NCBI GenBank assembly: GCA_023213395.1
Contig: CM041465.1
Location: 200,081,741-200,145,740, forward strand
Source of the DNA: Cycas panzhihuaensis
Lineage: Eukaryota > Plantae > Cycadophyta
Length of the DNA stretch: 64,000 nt
Direction of reading: 5' to 3'
The notes under the pieces were generated by a model, which was given only the letters and a program-made list of their open reading frames with translations, had not been told where the DNA came from and did no database searches. Below are positions 28,775 through 41,953 of this stretch, piece by piece. The position numbers and the translations under genes are program-made. Each line of letters begins with the position of its first letter. The first letter of the stretch is position 1.

Positions 28775-29368
28775 ATGGCACAGCACCAGCAGAGGGCGGA
28801 TCCATCGTTCCAGCCCACGTCCGCCGTGAAGGGTCTGCGCTTCGGCGGGCAGCTGATGATAAAGAACTTCAAGGTAAGGCGAGCGTCGTCTCTGGAGGTC
28901 AACAGATTGCTATGCGCGGACGCGGGATCGAGCCCCTACCCCACGGCCGCCGCCTTCATACCGACGAATTTCTCCATCCTGGCTCAGCACGCCTGGCACA
29001 CCCTAACCCTAGGGCTGGGCACCAAGAAGTCCAAGGTCGTGATCTTCGTATTCGAGTCGGAGCAGCTCAAGTCCAGCGTGGAGCGCGTGTGGCCGTGGGA
29101 GATATCGCTGGGCGAGATTAACAAGAAACTCATCCGGGGCCTGCCCGGTTGCGAGATGGCGCGCTTCAAATTTAGAAAAGGTTGCATTACTTTCTATGTA
29201 TACGCGGTCAGGCGCCAGGGTTGCACCGGCTTTGCCAGGGCCGAGGATTTGAAGGCGATGTTGCAGAGCATCGTCTCCCTCAACGATTTCTTGGATCACA
29301 CCGCCATGTTGGCCAGTCCGCACCAGAGGTCTATCGCATTCTCCATGCCCATGGCCGTCGCTCACTGA
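28775..29368 (+). CDS. Intronless conserved plant protein of unknown function (197 aa)
   Basis: Uninterrupted ORF, strong GC3 bias, Kozak-like gagATGG, inside a CpG island. Motifs GLRFGGQ, PTNFSILAQHAWHTLTLGLGTKKSKVV, GCEMARFKFRKGCITFYVYAVRR and DFLDHTAMLA resemble an uncharacterised land-plant family; by unverified recollection possibly the Arabidopsis At3g56360/At5g05250 family. Confidence 0.92.
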   Translation: MAQHQQRADPSFQPTSAVKGLRFGGQLMIKNFKVRRASSLEVNRLLCADAGSSPYPTAAAFIPTNFSILAQHAWHTLTLGLGTKKSKVVIFVFESEQLKSSVERVWPWEISLGEINKKLIRGLPGCEMARFKFRKGCITFYVYAVRRQGCTGFARAEDLKAMLQSIVSLNDFLDHTAMLASPHQRSIAFSMPMAVAH

Positions 29369-29468
29369 CCGTCCCTATCGCTGCGGGTACTGCCGATTCT
29401 CATCGTAGCCACTCCCGTCAGTCCGTTGTGGATTCCTGTAGCATACATTTTTGCGGGCGGGCGGGAAG

Positions 29469-29486
29469 TATATATATATATATATA
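29469..29486. repeat. (TA)9 microsatellite in the putative 3' UTR
   Basis: Direct read of the sequence. Confidence 0.9.
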
Positions 29487-30412
29487 TTATTGTAATGTTG
29501 TGTGTAGATTTCTGATATTGTTGATTCTTAGATTTAATTCTGAGCTCTGTGGACTGCTTATTGCTTCTGCCGCCGATCTTTGGTGTTGACGCCGACGATG
29601 GAGAATTTATTGTGTGAACGATTGTTGTTGTGGTTCTTGTTGTTGCCGTGAGGGATGGCACTGTCGTAGGAAAGAAAAATAAAAATAATTAGCTGCACAT
29701 GCGAATCTGTTATTACGAGGACCGTTTCGGTTGTTGCGTCTTCTTCTTCCATTTCAATGTCGTCCGGCTTTCCTTCCATGGCAGTGGCAGCATGCGACCT
29801 GATACTCTCCCGTTACCAAATTAAGGTTTGGTCTGTCGTACCGTTTTAATTCCACGATGGAACGAAGCTTCGAGCACTGCCTTCTGAATCCAATGCGATT
29901 GCCCTTCTATTGAAGCCCTGTTCCATCTACCGGTTGGATGTAGATGAAAGTTACGTCTATTGATTTTATCGAACAGCGCATGTCCGCTTCCGTAAGATTA
30001 GAGCGGAAGTATTTTGTCTGCTGCACTTTAAAAAGGTTAAAAAAGTAGCGTAGTGGGGTGCGAAGTTGGCACGCTTCAGTTGACTGGGTAGTCAATTCCA
30101 AGGGCTGTTTCCGACGCGTCCACATGCGTGTGGGGGCATTCTATTATTTTTTCCCGCTTTTGGACTACGCGTCCGGGTCATTGCGCCGAAAGGGCACATT
30201 TGGCAAGTAACCCACAGTTAGTCAGAATAGGACGGGAACGGGTAACTGATTAATAGGCTAAGCACAGCGATGTTCAAAATCAGCAAAATTTGCGGTCTGG
30301 AGCTCCGGGTTCGGAGGCCGGAACCGCTGAAAGGAGGCCAAGATATTTTAGTTGAACCTAAATTGGGCAAATTTAAGTAGTTTAAAATGCAAAGTTGCTA
30401 ATGTGAAACTAA

Positions 30413-30885
30413 GAGGATGGTCTCATGCAGGGGGTGGGGGTATACAAAAATTGTAGCAGGGCCGCTGCAATTTTTGTTATAACTTTTGTGCAGGAAAATG
30501 GGGTCCCATGAAAGTGGCCATTTCCCTTTCCCGCTCCCTTAAGTTACGAAGCTACCAAATGAAACTCTTATCACTCATCTAAAATAACAATGATGGTGGG
30601 TAAAATAGTAATGATGACTATGGAGTTCAAAGGATTGCCACATGGTTTTCATATTTATACAGCTAGTGTAGACGTTTCTATGAATTTTTCTAGCATATTC
30701 TATTCAATATAGGTTTGCACTTTTTTTGACCATTGAAGAGAGGGGGGTGGGGAAGTTTAGCAATTTTGCTACACAAGAATCAGAAGGAGACTCTCTCTCC
30801 TCCTATGAGCGGCTCCCTTCCTTAGGCACGGGGCCCCCTACTTTGTAAATTTTGGAACTCAACACCCCTCCATGGGACCATCATG
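30413..30885. mobile_element. Putative MITE (Tourist/PIF-Harbinger-like)
   Basis: Near-terminal inverted repeats gatggtctcatgcagggg (30416-30433) / cccctccatgggaccatc (30865-30882), 16/18 match. TAA lies on both sides (30410-30412, 30886-30888). The outermost 3 nt do not pair. Confidence 0.45.
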
Positions 30886-31885
30886 TAAGAAATGATATTT
30901 GAGAGTAGCGATAAAGAATATATAAGATATGATGTCTTTTGCATACTCTAATTCAAAGACATTAACAAGACAATGAACTCTTAGAACAAACTAGAAGTCA
31001 AGTGTCACATAATATCAAAGTGTGGTTTAATATTAAGACATGAAAATTATTGACATAAAACTTGCCTCTATGATAATAGTCGGTCCAAGTTTCTTGGTGT
31101 CACTATCAATGCTTGGGAAGACGTAAATGGTGTTATATTAAGGTTAAGTGCATTCATTTAGTGATGTCAATGGAATCCCTTTGTCCAATGCTTCCCAAGT
31201 TGAAAATAGGCATTTCTTTCAATTTAACCCTCGTTCATTGTGCCCAAGTGCATTCCCATTTCTTATGCTTTTTTATGTCTATCATTTAGCTTGCAACATT
31301 TAACAACTAAGTGTTAAAACATGAATAAAATGTAGTTTTTTTTTAACATTAAACTTCTTATATTTAGAAGCTAAGTGCATTACTTGTCTTACACTTTTTT
31401 ATATCTATCATTTTAATCCTTGAAAGTTAGCAATCAAGTAGATAAAATGATGTTTTTGGTAATCCCTTGATTGCAAATGTCACTTTTTTCACAAGAGGTT
31501 GTTTGTATAAAGTTGCGGATTTTTTTTTCACTTATTATTTACTTGTGCTGCATCTTTAGCATGATAATTAATTTTATGCAACTAATATTCTACTCTAAAT
31601 AGCTAGTTGTCTAGTGTTTGGCATATTTAGATTCTTAATTTGGATTTAATTGTTAAATAATCATTTTATTATTAAATGTTAAAGTTTGTGTAACTTCATA
31701 TTCAACATTTGAATATGTTGGTAGCTAAATGGGAAATGTTGATGATTTAATTTTATATGTGCCTGATGCATGCCCAATATTATTGTTTGCTTATTTTTTA
31801 GTGTGAATTATATCCAAATTAGTGGTGGATTAGTTCATTTAGATTTTTAGTTGTTTGTTTTTATTGGCATTTAAGGTTTGCATGG

Positions 31886-32339
31886 TCTATTATTTAAAAA
31901 GGATAGCTTAGTCAAAATTTGCTGAGGTGCCTAAATTTGATTACTTCATAACATCATCAAAAGCATCCATCCATATATAATTTACACTAGATAGTATTTG
32001 TTTAACCTTCCACTCTAGCTTTTAATATTTAACCAACTACATTATTTCACATTTGAGAGTATCCACATAGCCTTCCATGCTAACCTTTTATATTTAACTA
32101 ACTACATTTACCTATGTTAGATAGTGTACTTATATAACTTCTTATACCAACCTTTCATATTCGACTAATTGCGTTAACCCATACTACATAGTACCTATAT
32201 AATGTTTCACATTGACATTTCATATTAACAAAAAATGAATTAATGATTCAATTATATACAAATTATTAAATCGAATTTATCCATGAAAACCATTAATAAG
32301 AGAATGTTGTTGTAGTTATTTACCATGGGTGTGTACTAG
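31886..32339 (+). mobile_element. Putative non-autonomous Helitron with internal ~65 bp degenerate tandem repeat
   Basis: 5' TCTATTATTTAAAAAGG; 3' deaminated hairpin (ttgtagt-tattt-accatgg) followed by CTAG|T at 32336-32340; about 4 copies of a ~65 bp unit at 31987-32230. The 5' flank is G rather than the usual A. Confidence 0.45.
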
Positions 32340-32431
32340 TGTATGTGTGTGTAAACAAATGGGGTTGTATGTGCATGTATGGGAGTGGAGGATGATGTTT
32401 GATGAAGACTTATTATTCAAAACTCTTTATT

Positions 32432-32607
32432 TTGTTGGACGTTGGGGCGTGTTGGTAAGTACTACCTCCTAACGTAAAGAATGTCCCAGGTTCGACCCCC
32501 AAGGGGTTTATAGGGGTGAACATCATGAAAGGATGACAAACTCTGACAAACTAAGAACTGATTCTCTTCTCAAGGCTCAACACCTTAAAAAACAAAACAA
32601 AACAAAG
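32432..32607 (+). mobile_element. tRNA-derived SINE (~175 bp)
   Basis: A-box-like tggggcgtgttgg (~32443-32455), B box ggttcgaccc (32489-32498), (CAAAA)n tail, TSD aactctttatt (32421-32431) / aagtctttatt (32608-32618). Confidence 0.75.
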
Positions 32608-32707
32608 AAGTCTTTATTCTTAGTTCAAAACTTATAATCATAAAAAAACAAAACAAAACAAAGAAGTCTTTATTCTTAGTTCAAAACTTATAATCATAAA
32701 AAAACAA
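32586..32707. repeat. ~56 bp tandem duplication of SINE tail plus TSD plus flank
   Basis: taaaaaacaaaacaaaacaaagaagtctttattcttagttcaaaacttataatca occurs twice in tandem, followed by taaaaaaacaa. Confidence 0.95.
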
Positions 32708-35700
32708 CCGTAAGATATAAAGGACAATTAGTTCTCTTATAAGAGTTATTTATGTTAACTTATATATTTGGCAAGTAAATATTATTATTAACCAAGTAAC
32801 ATCGCCAAATGGAAATGGTAAGGGACTTTTGAACGCTAATAATCGATGATAAAATAATGGTCATAAGGAGAAGAAACATATAGGAAGTTTATGTATGGTG
32901 TGGACCTTAACACTAAGCAAATGATTGGGGTTGTGAAAACTAAGCTATAAACACTCATTATCTCTTCTAAATCTTATGGTAGAAGAAGTAAGTTTTGCTA
33001 TAGAAGTGTATTCCAATTGTGGATAGAATTATGCTTCCATGTCTAGAAGTAATCTAGTTGTTAGCCAAACTCTAAAATTACTAGGGGCAATAAGATGTGG
33101 ATGAGAGGAAATGTGAATGATTAAATATTATGGATGATGATATGAAATGGATGGTTAGGATCTAAGTTTAGGAACCTTTAAAATACACAAAATGAAGTGT
33201 GTATATACTTTGAGCTCATCCAAAGTCACTATGTTATAATAATGCTTACATATTTAGACCACGTGAATCTAGCGTATGGAATGAGAAAATCACTTGAAAA
33301 AATAAATTGATAATTGTTTGAGTAATCCACCATTTAAGATTTAGACATTTCATTTTATCAAATAAATAATGGCCAAATTATATGAAACCAACATACAATT
33401 ACCGAGGGGTTATGATTCACCTTTATATAAATAAGGTGGTATTGATCTAGGTCCTAATATAGTTTGCCTTATTAATTGAGGCTTCAATGTGAGCATATTT
33501 ATTAGCCAAGGTCACTAAATCTCAGTTGCTTTATCACATTAATATTACTATTATTAGGGTGTAGAATGAGGTTAAAGCTCAGCACAAATACAAACACTAA
33601 TAACTTGAAACCTCAACAGATATGTAAACTATATATGACAAAATATTATAGATGAGTTAGAGAGGTTACAACATTATATCTTTGTAATCACATGCTTAAA
33701 TGGGTATAGGCATGCTTTAACACATGTCTAGAAAAGAACTAACTAGGTATGGACATGTCCCATCCTCGAAAATATCATAAAAAGTTATTTCCATTAAAGT
33801 GAATAAAATATCTTATCTACATGGCTATTAAAGTTAAACAATGATATTAATTAAAGGAGAACTATTGTAAGAACTATAAATGTCTAGAGTTGGTACTATT
33901 GTATAATACTCTCACTTAATGAATTAGGATCATCGCACTGATATGATGAAGGGTTAAGATGGATGTTATGTCATGCATACAAATCTATTAACATTATTAT
34001 AACAAGTGACTTTAGTTCACTAAAGTGGAGGCATAAGTTAGTGAGGACAACTTAAGATTATTGTCTTGATCTATGTTAGAGCCCTTGAAATGCATTATGT
34101 AATATTCAATGCATGAATAAGGAGAGAAAAGAGATTCAAAGCATGATGGAGAGAAGAATGCTAATGACCCTCTCTGATATCAAGTATTAATAATATTGAC
34201 TTGAGGGTTAAAAATAGAATTTCTTTTGATTATAGTTATATGAAAGCCATAACTTGTGATGAGTTATTTGACATACTACTTAACAAAAAGTTGCGGCATT
34301 GGGTGCCTCTAATCTAATTGTGTTATCTTTTAACTTAAAATGGACTAATTCAAGAGACCTAATGGACTCAATTGGCTTACAAGTGGATCGCATAGGTATT
34401 ACATAATATACATAATTTATGGCATTAATGATGGGGGAAGATGGGTGGAGAGAATGAAAATGAGGTAGAAACATAGTGAACCTATAAGGCTTACATCACT
34501 TAATAAGGTAATGAAAGATTGGATGTATCCTTTACAACATGAGGTCTCAAAATTGATATAGTATAAAGCTAGGCAAGATACATTAGAAGAATAAAATCTA
34601 GGAAGAATATTTGTGTCTTGTTCCTTTGTGTATTCGTCATGCTTTCAAATATTCTTTCTTTTTTTTAGTTTTATACCCATTTGGGCATTTTATAGGTTAA
34701 TTCCTTTCGCACCCTTGCTCTCTTATTTGGGGTCTATTATTCATACAACAACATACTTGTTTAACGACTTATGGTAAATAATTAGTTTATATGAGAAACC
34801 AAAGTATACATTCTAATATAGATGAAAGGATGAATCCTAATATAAGTAAGTGAGGTTGGGGGTGTGAAAAATTCTTCAATAGTAGGCATATGCAAAACAC
34901 AAAATAAAATGAAGAGATTTGAGTCATATCATATGGAGTTAGTCATGATCTCTTGTAAATGCATAATTAAGATGGTGCCCTTATACATTTGGTGGATATC
35001 AATGTAAAAGCGACGTATACAAGGAGTTAAGGGATAGGATTTTGGTTTTATATCCTATGTTACTTTTGACTAAATACATAATAAAAATAGGTGAAAGATT
35101 TAGGTATAATATAAGATGCTCAAATTGCTAACATGTGCTTAAACAAGCTTTTGGAGAAAATGTATTACATATAATGGAACCTATCATTGTATGCAAGAAG
35201 AAAAGAGAAGCAGAAGTGCAATTTGATATCTTGGTTTATTATCAAGGAACATTGCACTAATGTTGGTAATGGATAATTGAAGGTTAAATTCTAACCCTAC
35301 TTGTATAGAGTAATATTTCAAATGGATGGATAGATGCATGGATGGAGCTTTAGGTATATATGTATCTTTGTAGTATGTAATCTAATTTTTTATTGCCATA
35401 TTTTGATTTAGACTAACTTGGTTGAAATTACTCAATACAAATATGTAGTTATCGTGTATTCAATTGAATAGGTAGAATAACTATTGAGGAAAATAATGGT
35501 ATAAATACTTGGTTAATTTCATTCATAAAAGGGTTCCTTCTCCTCATATACTTTTGGTATTATATGATTTAAGTCCCTCCTATATGACCTTGCATAAGAT
35601 ATGATATTTTGATGGACATCTTGTGATTGTTGTATATGTTCCCATTACACATGGTTGCTTCACTTTGCTCAATCTTTGAAGTGCAAGTCTAGGGATTTCA

Positions 35701-38107
35701 AATAAACAATGGTTATGTTGTATGTGAATGAATGACATTGTATTGAAATTGGAGCATGAAAATTTATAAACTATATGAATGGATTTGGCTTGGATAAGAT
35801 GATGACATAATGGATATCTTAGACAATGATAGTCAATTATAGAGTATGTATTTGATAAATATGGTAAATCAAGAATAAGACGAATGATCAAATTAGAAAA
35901 ATAAAAATATAATAGTAAAGAAAGGATACCTTTACTAATTCCCAAAAGTAAATGCAATATGAAAAGAAAATGATCTAAATGTTACTCACACACTTATAAC
36001 ATTATGGTTAGTTACTTGACTAGGATATAACAAGATCATATAAATAATTACAAATACTATATTCTTGTTTCTTTCATATTTTAAAAAGTGAAATAAGATA
36101 AAAGATATAATTAAAACTAGAGAGATATAAATGGTCAAAAACATTTGACAATAATAAAAATATGTGTAACTCCTTAGTCTTTATTTGAGCAACTATTCTT
36201 CCCCTAGTGATGGATATAACTCCTCACAATTGTAATACAACCTATAGTACATGAATATAGTTGGATTTAATCCTCCTACTACTAAAGAAAGAGGAGTGAA
36301 CTAGAGAGCTAGACAAATGAAATAATGAAGTGACCATATGAGAGGTAAATAAGAAAGGGAGTGAGGCAATAAGTATAATGAAATGTTGGTATGAAGAAAG
36401 AATAATAACAAATGTGAAAAGTCATAATACTCTATTTGTATCTATTGTGTATACCTTATTGTATATTCTATTTTTTTATGTTCTCTTACTATTTTAATGT
36501 AATCATTGCTTAATGTAAACATGAGCTAGTTTAAAGCCCCATTAGGTGTGTGAGATGCACTTTGTTTTGTAGTTTATAATGGAGTATGGTATTTTGTAAC
36601 TTTAGAGTTGGCAGCTCTATGTGTAAATGCTATGCACATGTAAATATTTTAGAGTCCACATACCTATATATTGTAAACAACATAAATACTAAGTCCACTA
36701 AATAAATGTGGCTAGATTACTTAAGAGATAAAAATAAAAAAGAGGGGGTACATGACATGAACGAGAGGGAAATTTTTCAAGGGGTAAAATTTAAAATATG
36801 AGGTTTTTATGTCTAATCCCTTTCAATAATTTCACATTTTTGTTTGGATCATTCCTATAATAGGAAAAGGTATTAATTATAAGCGACTTGTGAGAAGAAA
36901 GAAAGCCTTAATTTTAGGCTAGTATGGACTTGAGTATCATCTCATTTATTTTGGAGAATCTTCATTTACTTTAGGAAGACTTGCTTTGGAGACTTCTTCA
37001 TCCTTAAAAGGGAGGAGGCTTTTATTCATTTCTAGGAAGAGAGGAGCATATTTAAAGAAGGGAGAAATGAGAGAATTGCTAATGATGGCTTGCATTATAG
37101 AATGGGATCTGGTGGAGATTTATTGCTAAGTGATATACACATTTACATTGTTGATTTCCCTCATACTAGTTATATTAAAATCTATGTTGTTCATAAATGT
37201 ATGATATTATTGTAGGTGGAGGCTTTCTTAAAAGGGATTCCAAGCATACTAGTTGATCTTATGCTTAATATGCAAGAACTTCTTCCATGACAAGGAAATA
37301 TATGTTGTGCGACATATAATAATGACTTGATTTTAGCATTCTATATTGATTCTATATATTAATATCTTGATTTAGGATCATGGATCAATAATCTATAATG
37401 ATAGCTTGGTATGGGGACCATGTATTAATGATTTAAGTAAGAACCATGTATATAAGCTACCACTGATTTTAGTTTAGACATATCAGTATAAGAAAAAGAT
37501 GGATGTGGTATGATATCATCAGATGAGCCTTGGAGATTCTATTAAAGTATGGTCTAATTAATAGTAATGTGTTAGTGGGTTTGAGATGTTGAATTGGGAG
37601 TTGAGTCACAAGTGAAAAATTAGAAGGGAAGTACCCTAATGTTCATATTACGTGTCTCAACTTGGGACTATATTCTTATATAGAGTTTCTGAATGGTTGA
37701 AAGCTAAATACCTCTAAGTAATTCAAATTATTCCACCTGAAGATATGCTCATTACGTCTCGATTTTATGGAAATATTCTATAGAAGTTATGAAATGAATA
37801 GCAACATTATATTATATATATGAAAATGTATACTTAGGTTATGCAAATTAAATCCCATTATGGAGAGTAAAGTGTATGCACACACTAGTATCATACAATA
37901 TATTATATATTCCTAGATCCTCAGATTGTTAGCATGGCATATATCTTGCCAGTCTTGTGGTTTGTCATGTATTGTCGATGTTGTTATTTTGGTGATTGAG
38001 CTTAGATAGTCTTAAGAAGGTGATATCTTTTATGAAAATACAAGAAAAGAGAAGAAGATTTTATGTATTATTTGTTATACACCATTGATGTATTGGGTTG
38101 CCACAAG

Positions 38108-38663
38108 TGGTATTAGAGCTAAAAAGGCTAAAACTCAATAGAACCCATGTTACAATGCTATAATGTGAAATTCCTCTCTAAGCCTATGGGCCATTTTAGC
38201 ATTTGAAACATTATCATGGATTTGAAAGTTATGTGAGTTGAGAACTTATAGGAAGGTATTAATAGAACAACTCAACAAAGCCAAGTACTAAAGGGTGGAA
38301 CCTTAGTTGACCTTAAAAATTTTGTAGAGGCAAAAAAAAAGAAAAGAAGAAAACATCATTCTAGAAGGCAAATTTTTATACGAAGAGCCTAGATTGACCT
38401 AAAATTTCATGGAAAGTATCTTTGTATTCTACATATTTGTCTTATTTTGGTTTAACTATCAATTTCCAATAGAATTTGAGAAATATTTTTAAGATAGGAA
38501 AATTTACAATTCCTTAAGAAACCCCTAAAATAGAAAGTTCAAGTAACTTTTCTATGGGCACTCAAAATGACCTTGAGACAGGATATGGAAACTTGGAGTT
38601 TTTTCTATCTCATATGTAAAACTCAAATTTGTACCATTTTGAATCTTCTCATAAAACCACCAT
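38108..38663 (+). mobile_element. PBS and leader of an old LTR element (host of the right-hand nest)
   Basis: ...gccaca-ag-TGGTATTAGAGC at 38108-38119. The upstream LTR start is not resolved. Confidence 0.45.
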
Positions 38664-41600
38664 TGTAAAGAAAATGAGGAAATCAAGACAATAGTAGTGA
38701 TAGAATTAGAATTGATCTAATTATTGAAAAACACAACATGATCTTTATTCTCTTATATCAAACAAACATAAACTCTTCAAAAAATATTATGAATACATTC
38801 AAATGAACAATATATTGAAAGAGGATTAGAAATTGGTTTTAACCCAAAATAATGACAGATCAAATTAGTTAATGATTGATATAGAAGTTTGGTAGAGTTT
38901 TGACTCTCACCAAATATATAATTTGTGTTATTTGATGAGTGTAGACATGGCCTTAATTTATAGAGGGCTCAATGTCTAATACTTTATAAATGGTAGATGT
39001 GGATTGGACCTCATATGTTTACATTTCATTGGACCTCATATTATATACATCTCATTAGATAGTTATGAGGCTAAAGTGGGGTGATGACCCCTGACTAAGA
39101 AGTATAATTTAAGCCATCACTTGAATATATTTATACTTTTATACAAAAGTACATGAATGTGTCATTATATTTTAACATCCTCCCTTAATGATAGCTTCAT
39201 TAATCTTGATGTCAAGGTCATACCAAAACCTTTCAAACTTCGATTTACCAAGTACTTTTAGTGAAGATATTCACCACTTGGTCTTCGATCAGTCTATACA
39301 CTATATCAATTTCTTTGTATTGCACATGTTCATAAATAAAATGATGATAGACCTCTATGTGTTTTATACATGCATGGAAAACAAAGTTCTTTGTTGTATT
39401 TAATACACTTGGATTATCCAGTATATGAGAGTTTGCTTGAGTTTGTTGAAGACCAAGTTTAGTAAGAATCCTACATAGCTAGATCACCTTAATAACTATA
39501 TGAATAATTACTTTATATTTTGCTTCAATAGAGGATATAACAACATTGAGTTATTTCTTACAACTTTGAAAAACTATAAATGAGTTTAGGTCAAAATACT
39601 AATCTAAATTAGAGTGATGAGTATCTTAGCAACTAATCCAATCTACATCAGTAAATCCTTTTGAAATAGGGGTTTCAACTTGGTTGTAGTCAAGTCCATA
39701 CTGTAAAGTGCCATGGATGTACCTAAAATTTCTAATTACAACTTTCTAATGTAACATCTTAGGCTAAGATATAAACCTAGAATAAACCACAATTGCATAT
39801 GATATATTAGGGCTACTATGAGTAAAGTAAATCAAACTTACTACAAGTTATCTGTAAATAGTGGGACTGATAGGTTTGTCTTATTTATCCATAATCAGCT
39901 TGGTTTTGGTTTTCATAGGCATAGGAAAAGGCTTGTAGTCACTAATTCTAAAATGTTACAAGACCTCATTTGTATATTTGGATTGTGATAAGAAAATATG
40001 ACCTGGTTCTTGCCACACTTTAATACCAAGGAAATGGTGAAGCACCCTAGGGTTAATTATCTTGAAATTACTTTTAAGTTCTTGTTGGAGACTAGAAATC
40101 CCTTTATCGTCATTTCTAGTGGTTGATAAATCATTAACATAGAGAATAATAATGGTAATTAGATTACTACAGATATAAATATATAAATTGGGATCTAAGG
40201 ATGAATAATTCAGTCCATGCTTGAGAAAAAAAGGTGTCAATCTTTGCATACTAAGCATAAGGTACCTGCTTGAGTCTATATAAAGCATTATTGAGTTTGC
40301 AAACTAAATGTTCTTTTCTAGGAATAATATAGTTGGGAGGTTGTTTCAAGTAAGCTTCTTTAGAAAGGTTTCCATTGAGAAAAACACTTGTGATATCCAT
40401 TTGATAAACAAGTCAATTGAACTGAGCTATTAGTGAAATAACTAGACGAAAAATTATCATGTTAGCAATAGGTACGAAGGTATAATCATAGTCAATACCT
40501 TCTTCTTATTTAAAACCATTCACAACAAGACATGCTTTATGTCTTTCAATAGAGTCGTCAATAAGATACTTTGTTTTATAAAGCCAATGGCAATCAATTA
40601 GCTTCTTTTATGGAGGCAATTCAATGAATTTCTAAGTATCATTCTTTAGGATGGAATTCATCTCTATATCCATAACAATCTACCATATATGGTTTTTAAC
40701 TACCTTCTTAATGGTGAAAGGCTTGGGAGCATTGAGAACTTGTGCCATTAAAGTAAAGTTTGTAGTATGCCTGAACTTTGATTGCCTTTTTGGTGTTGTA
40801 GGAGGTGATGGTACATTTGCCATAAATTGGAAATAACACTTAGGAAGTTTCTTAATGCTTATAACTTTAACTTGTATGTCATTTGAAAATAGAGGTGGTA
40901 ATGCAGATGTTGTTATAAAAGTAGATGGAGATGCAAGAAGAACAGATGATGAACTTGGAGTATATGAAGTTGATAAGATATAAGGGTCTACAATTGGTGT
41001 AGGAGGAGCTTTTGAAATATTAATATCATCATCTATTAGAAACTATAGTTGAAATTGATCCAAGTCTTGATTGTCTTCCACAGATATAACATCATGAGAT
41101 AAGTATGTGTGTCTTCTAACAAGGTCATATACCTTGCAAGCTTTGCACCTAAGTACGTGGTCTATGAAAATGCACTTCAAACTTTTATCATAGAGTTTCT
41201 TTTTGTTTTCTTTTGCAACATACTTATAGTTTGTACATCCAAATATTCTAAGGTATGAGATAGCAGGCTTTATTCCTAATGAAGGCTCCTCGAGTGTTAT
41301 ATTTCTGATAGTTAAAGTTGAGCTCCTATTTGTAAGGTAAGTAACAATTTAAATAACTTCATCCTAAAACAAATTAATAATATTTATAGCTTTTACCATT
41401 ACTTTAACCTTGTTCACCAATGTTTGATTCATGCATTCAATAACACCATTTTGTTGAGGAGTATGAGGGGCTGAGAATTGGCATTTAATGCCATGTTATT
41501 TATAGAAATTGGTGAATTGATTTGATGTATATTCATTTTCATTATTTGTATACAATATCTTGATTATCATACCAGATTCATTTTTAATTTCTGCTTTGAA

Positions 41601-41953
41601 TTCATTGAATTTATTATAGGCTTCAAACTTGTTCTTTAAAAAGTAGACCCAAATTTTTGGAGAATATTCATTAATTAAAGTAATAAAGTATAAACTTCTA
41701 TTGAGTGAAGATGTTAACATAGGTCTAAAAATATCTAAGCAAACTAAGCCCAATGGTCTAGTTACACACCAAGCTTACTTGGATTGAAATAGTTTATTGT
41801 CTTATTTACCAATTGTAAAGGTTTCACAGAAATATTTATTTTATTTGATCTTGGGTAAACCCTGTACCATTTGAAGTCTAAACATGAGATTGAGACTCTC
41901 TGTATTTAGATGACCAAGGCATTAATGCTATAGCTAATCCTTGGCACACTTTT

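Larger units (their letters stand above)
27980..30470. promoter_or_regulatory. CpG-rich island spanning the host gene
   Basis: Abundant CG dinucleotides (cgcgcg, tcgcgt, acgcgc) in contrast to the strongly CpG-depleted flanks. Pyrimidine-rich leader at ~28585-28680. Confidence 0.75.

Noticed and set aside
28443-29661. Several overlapping and antisense ORFs around the host gene
   Set aside because: Expected by-products of a GC-rich, GC3-biased CDS. Many start at non-ATG codons and none has recognisable motifs.
31987-32230. CRISPR-like spaced repeat
   Set aside because: Contiguous degenerate ~65 bp tandem units with no unique spacers; eukaryotic context.
32440-32505. Possible tRNA gene
   Set aside because: Only A/B boxes, no complete cloverleaf; the tail and TSD indicate a SINE.
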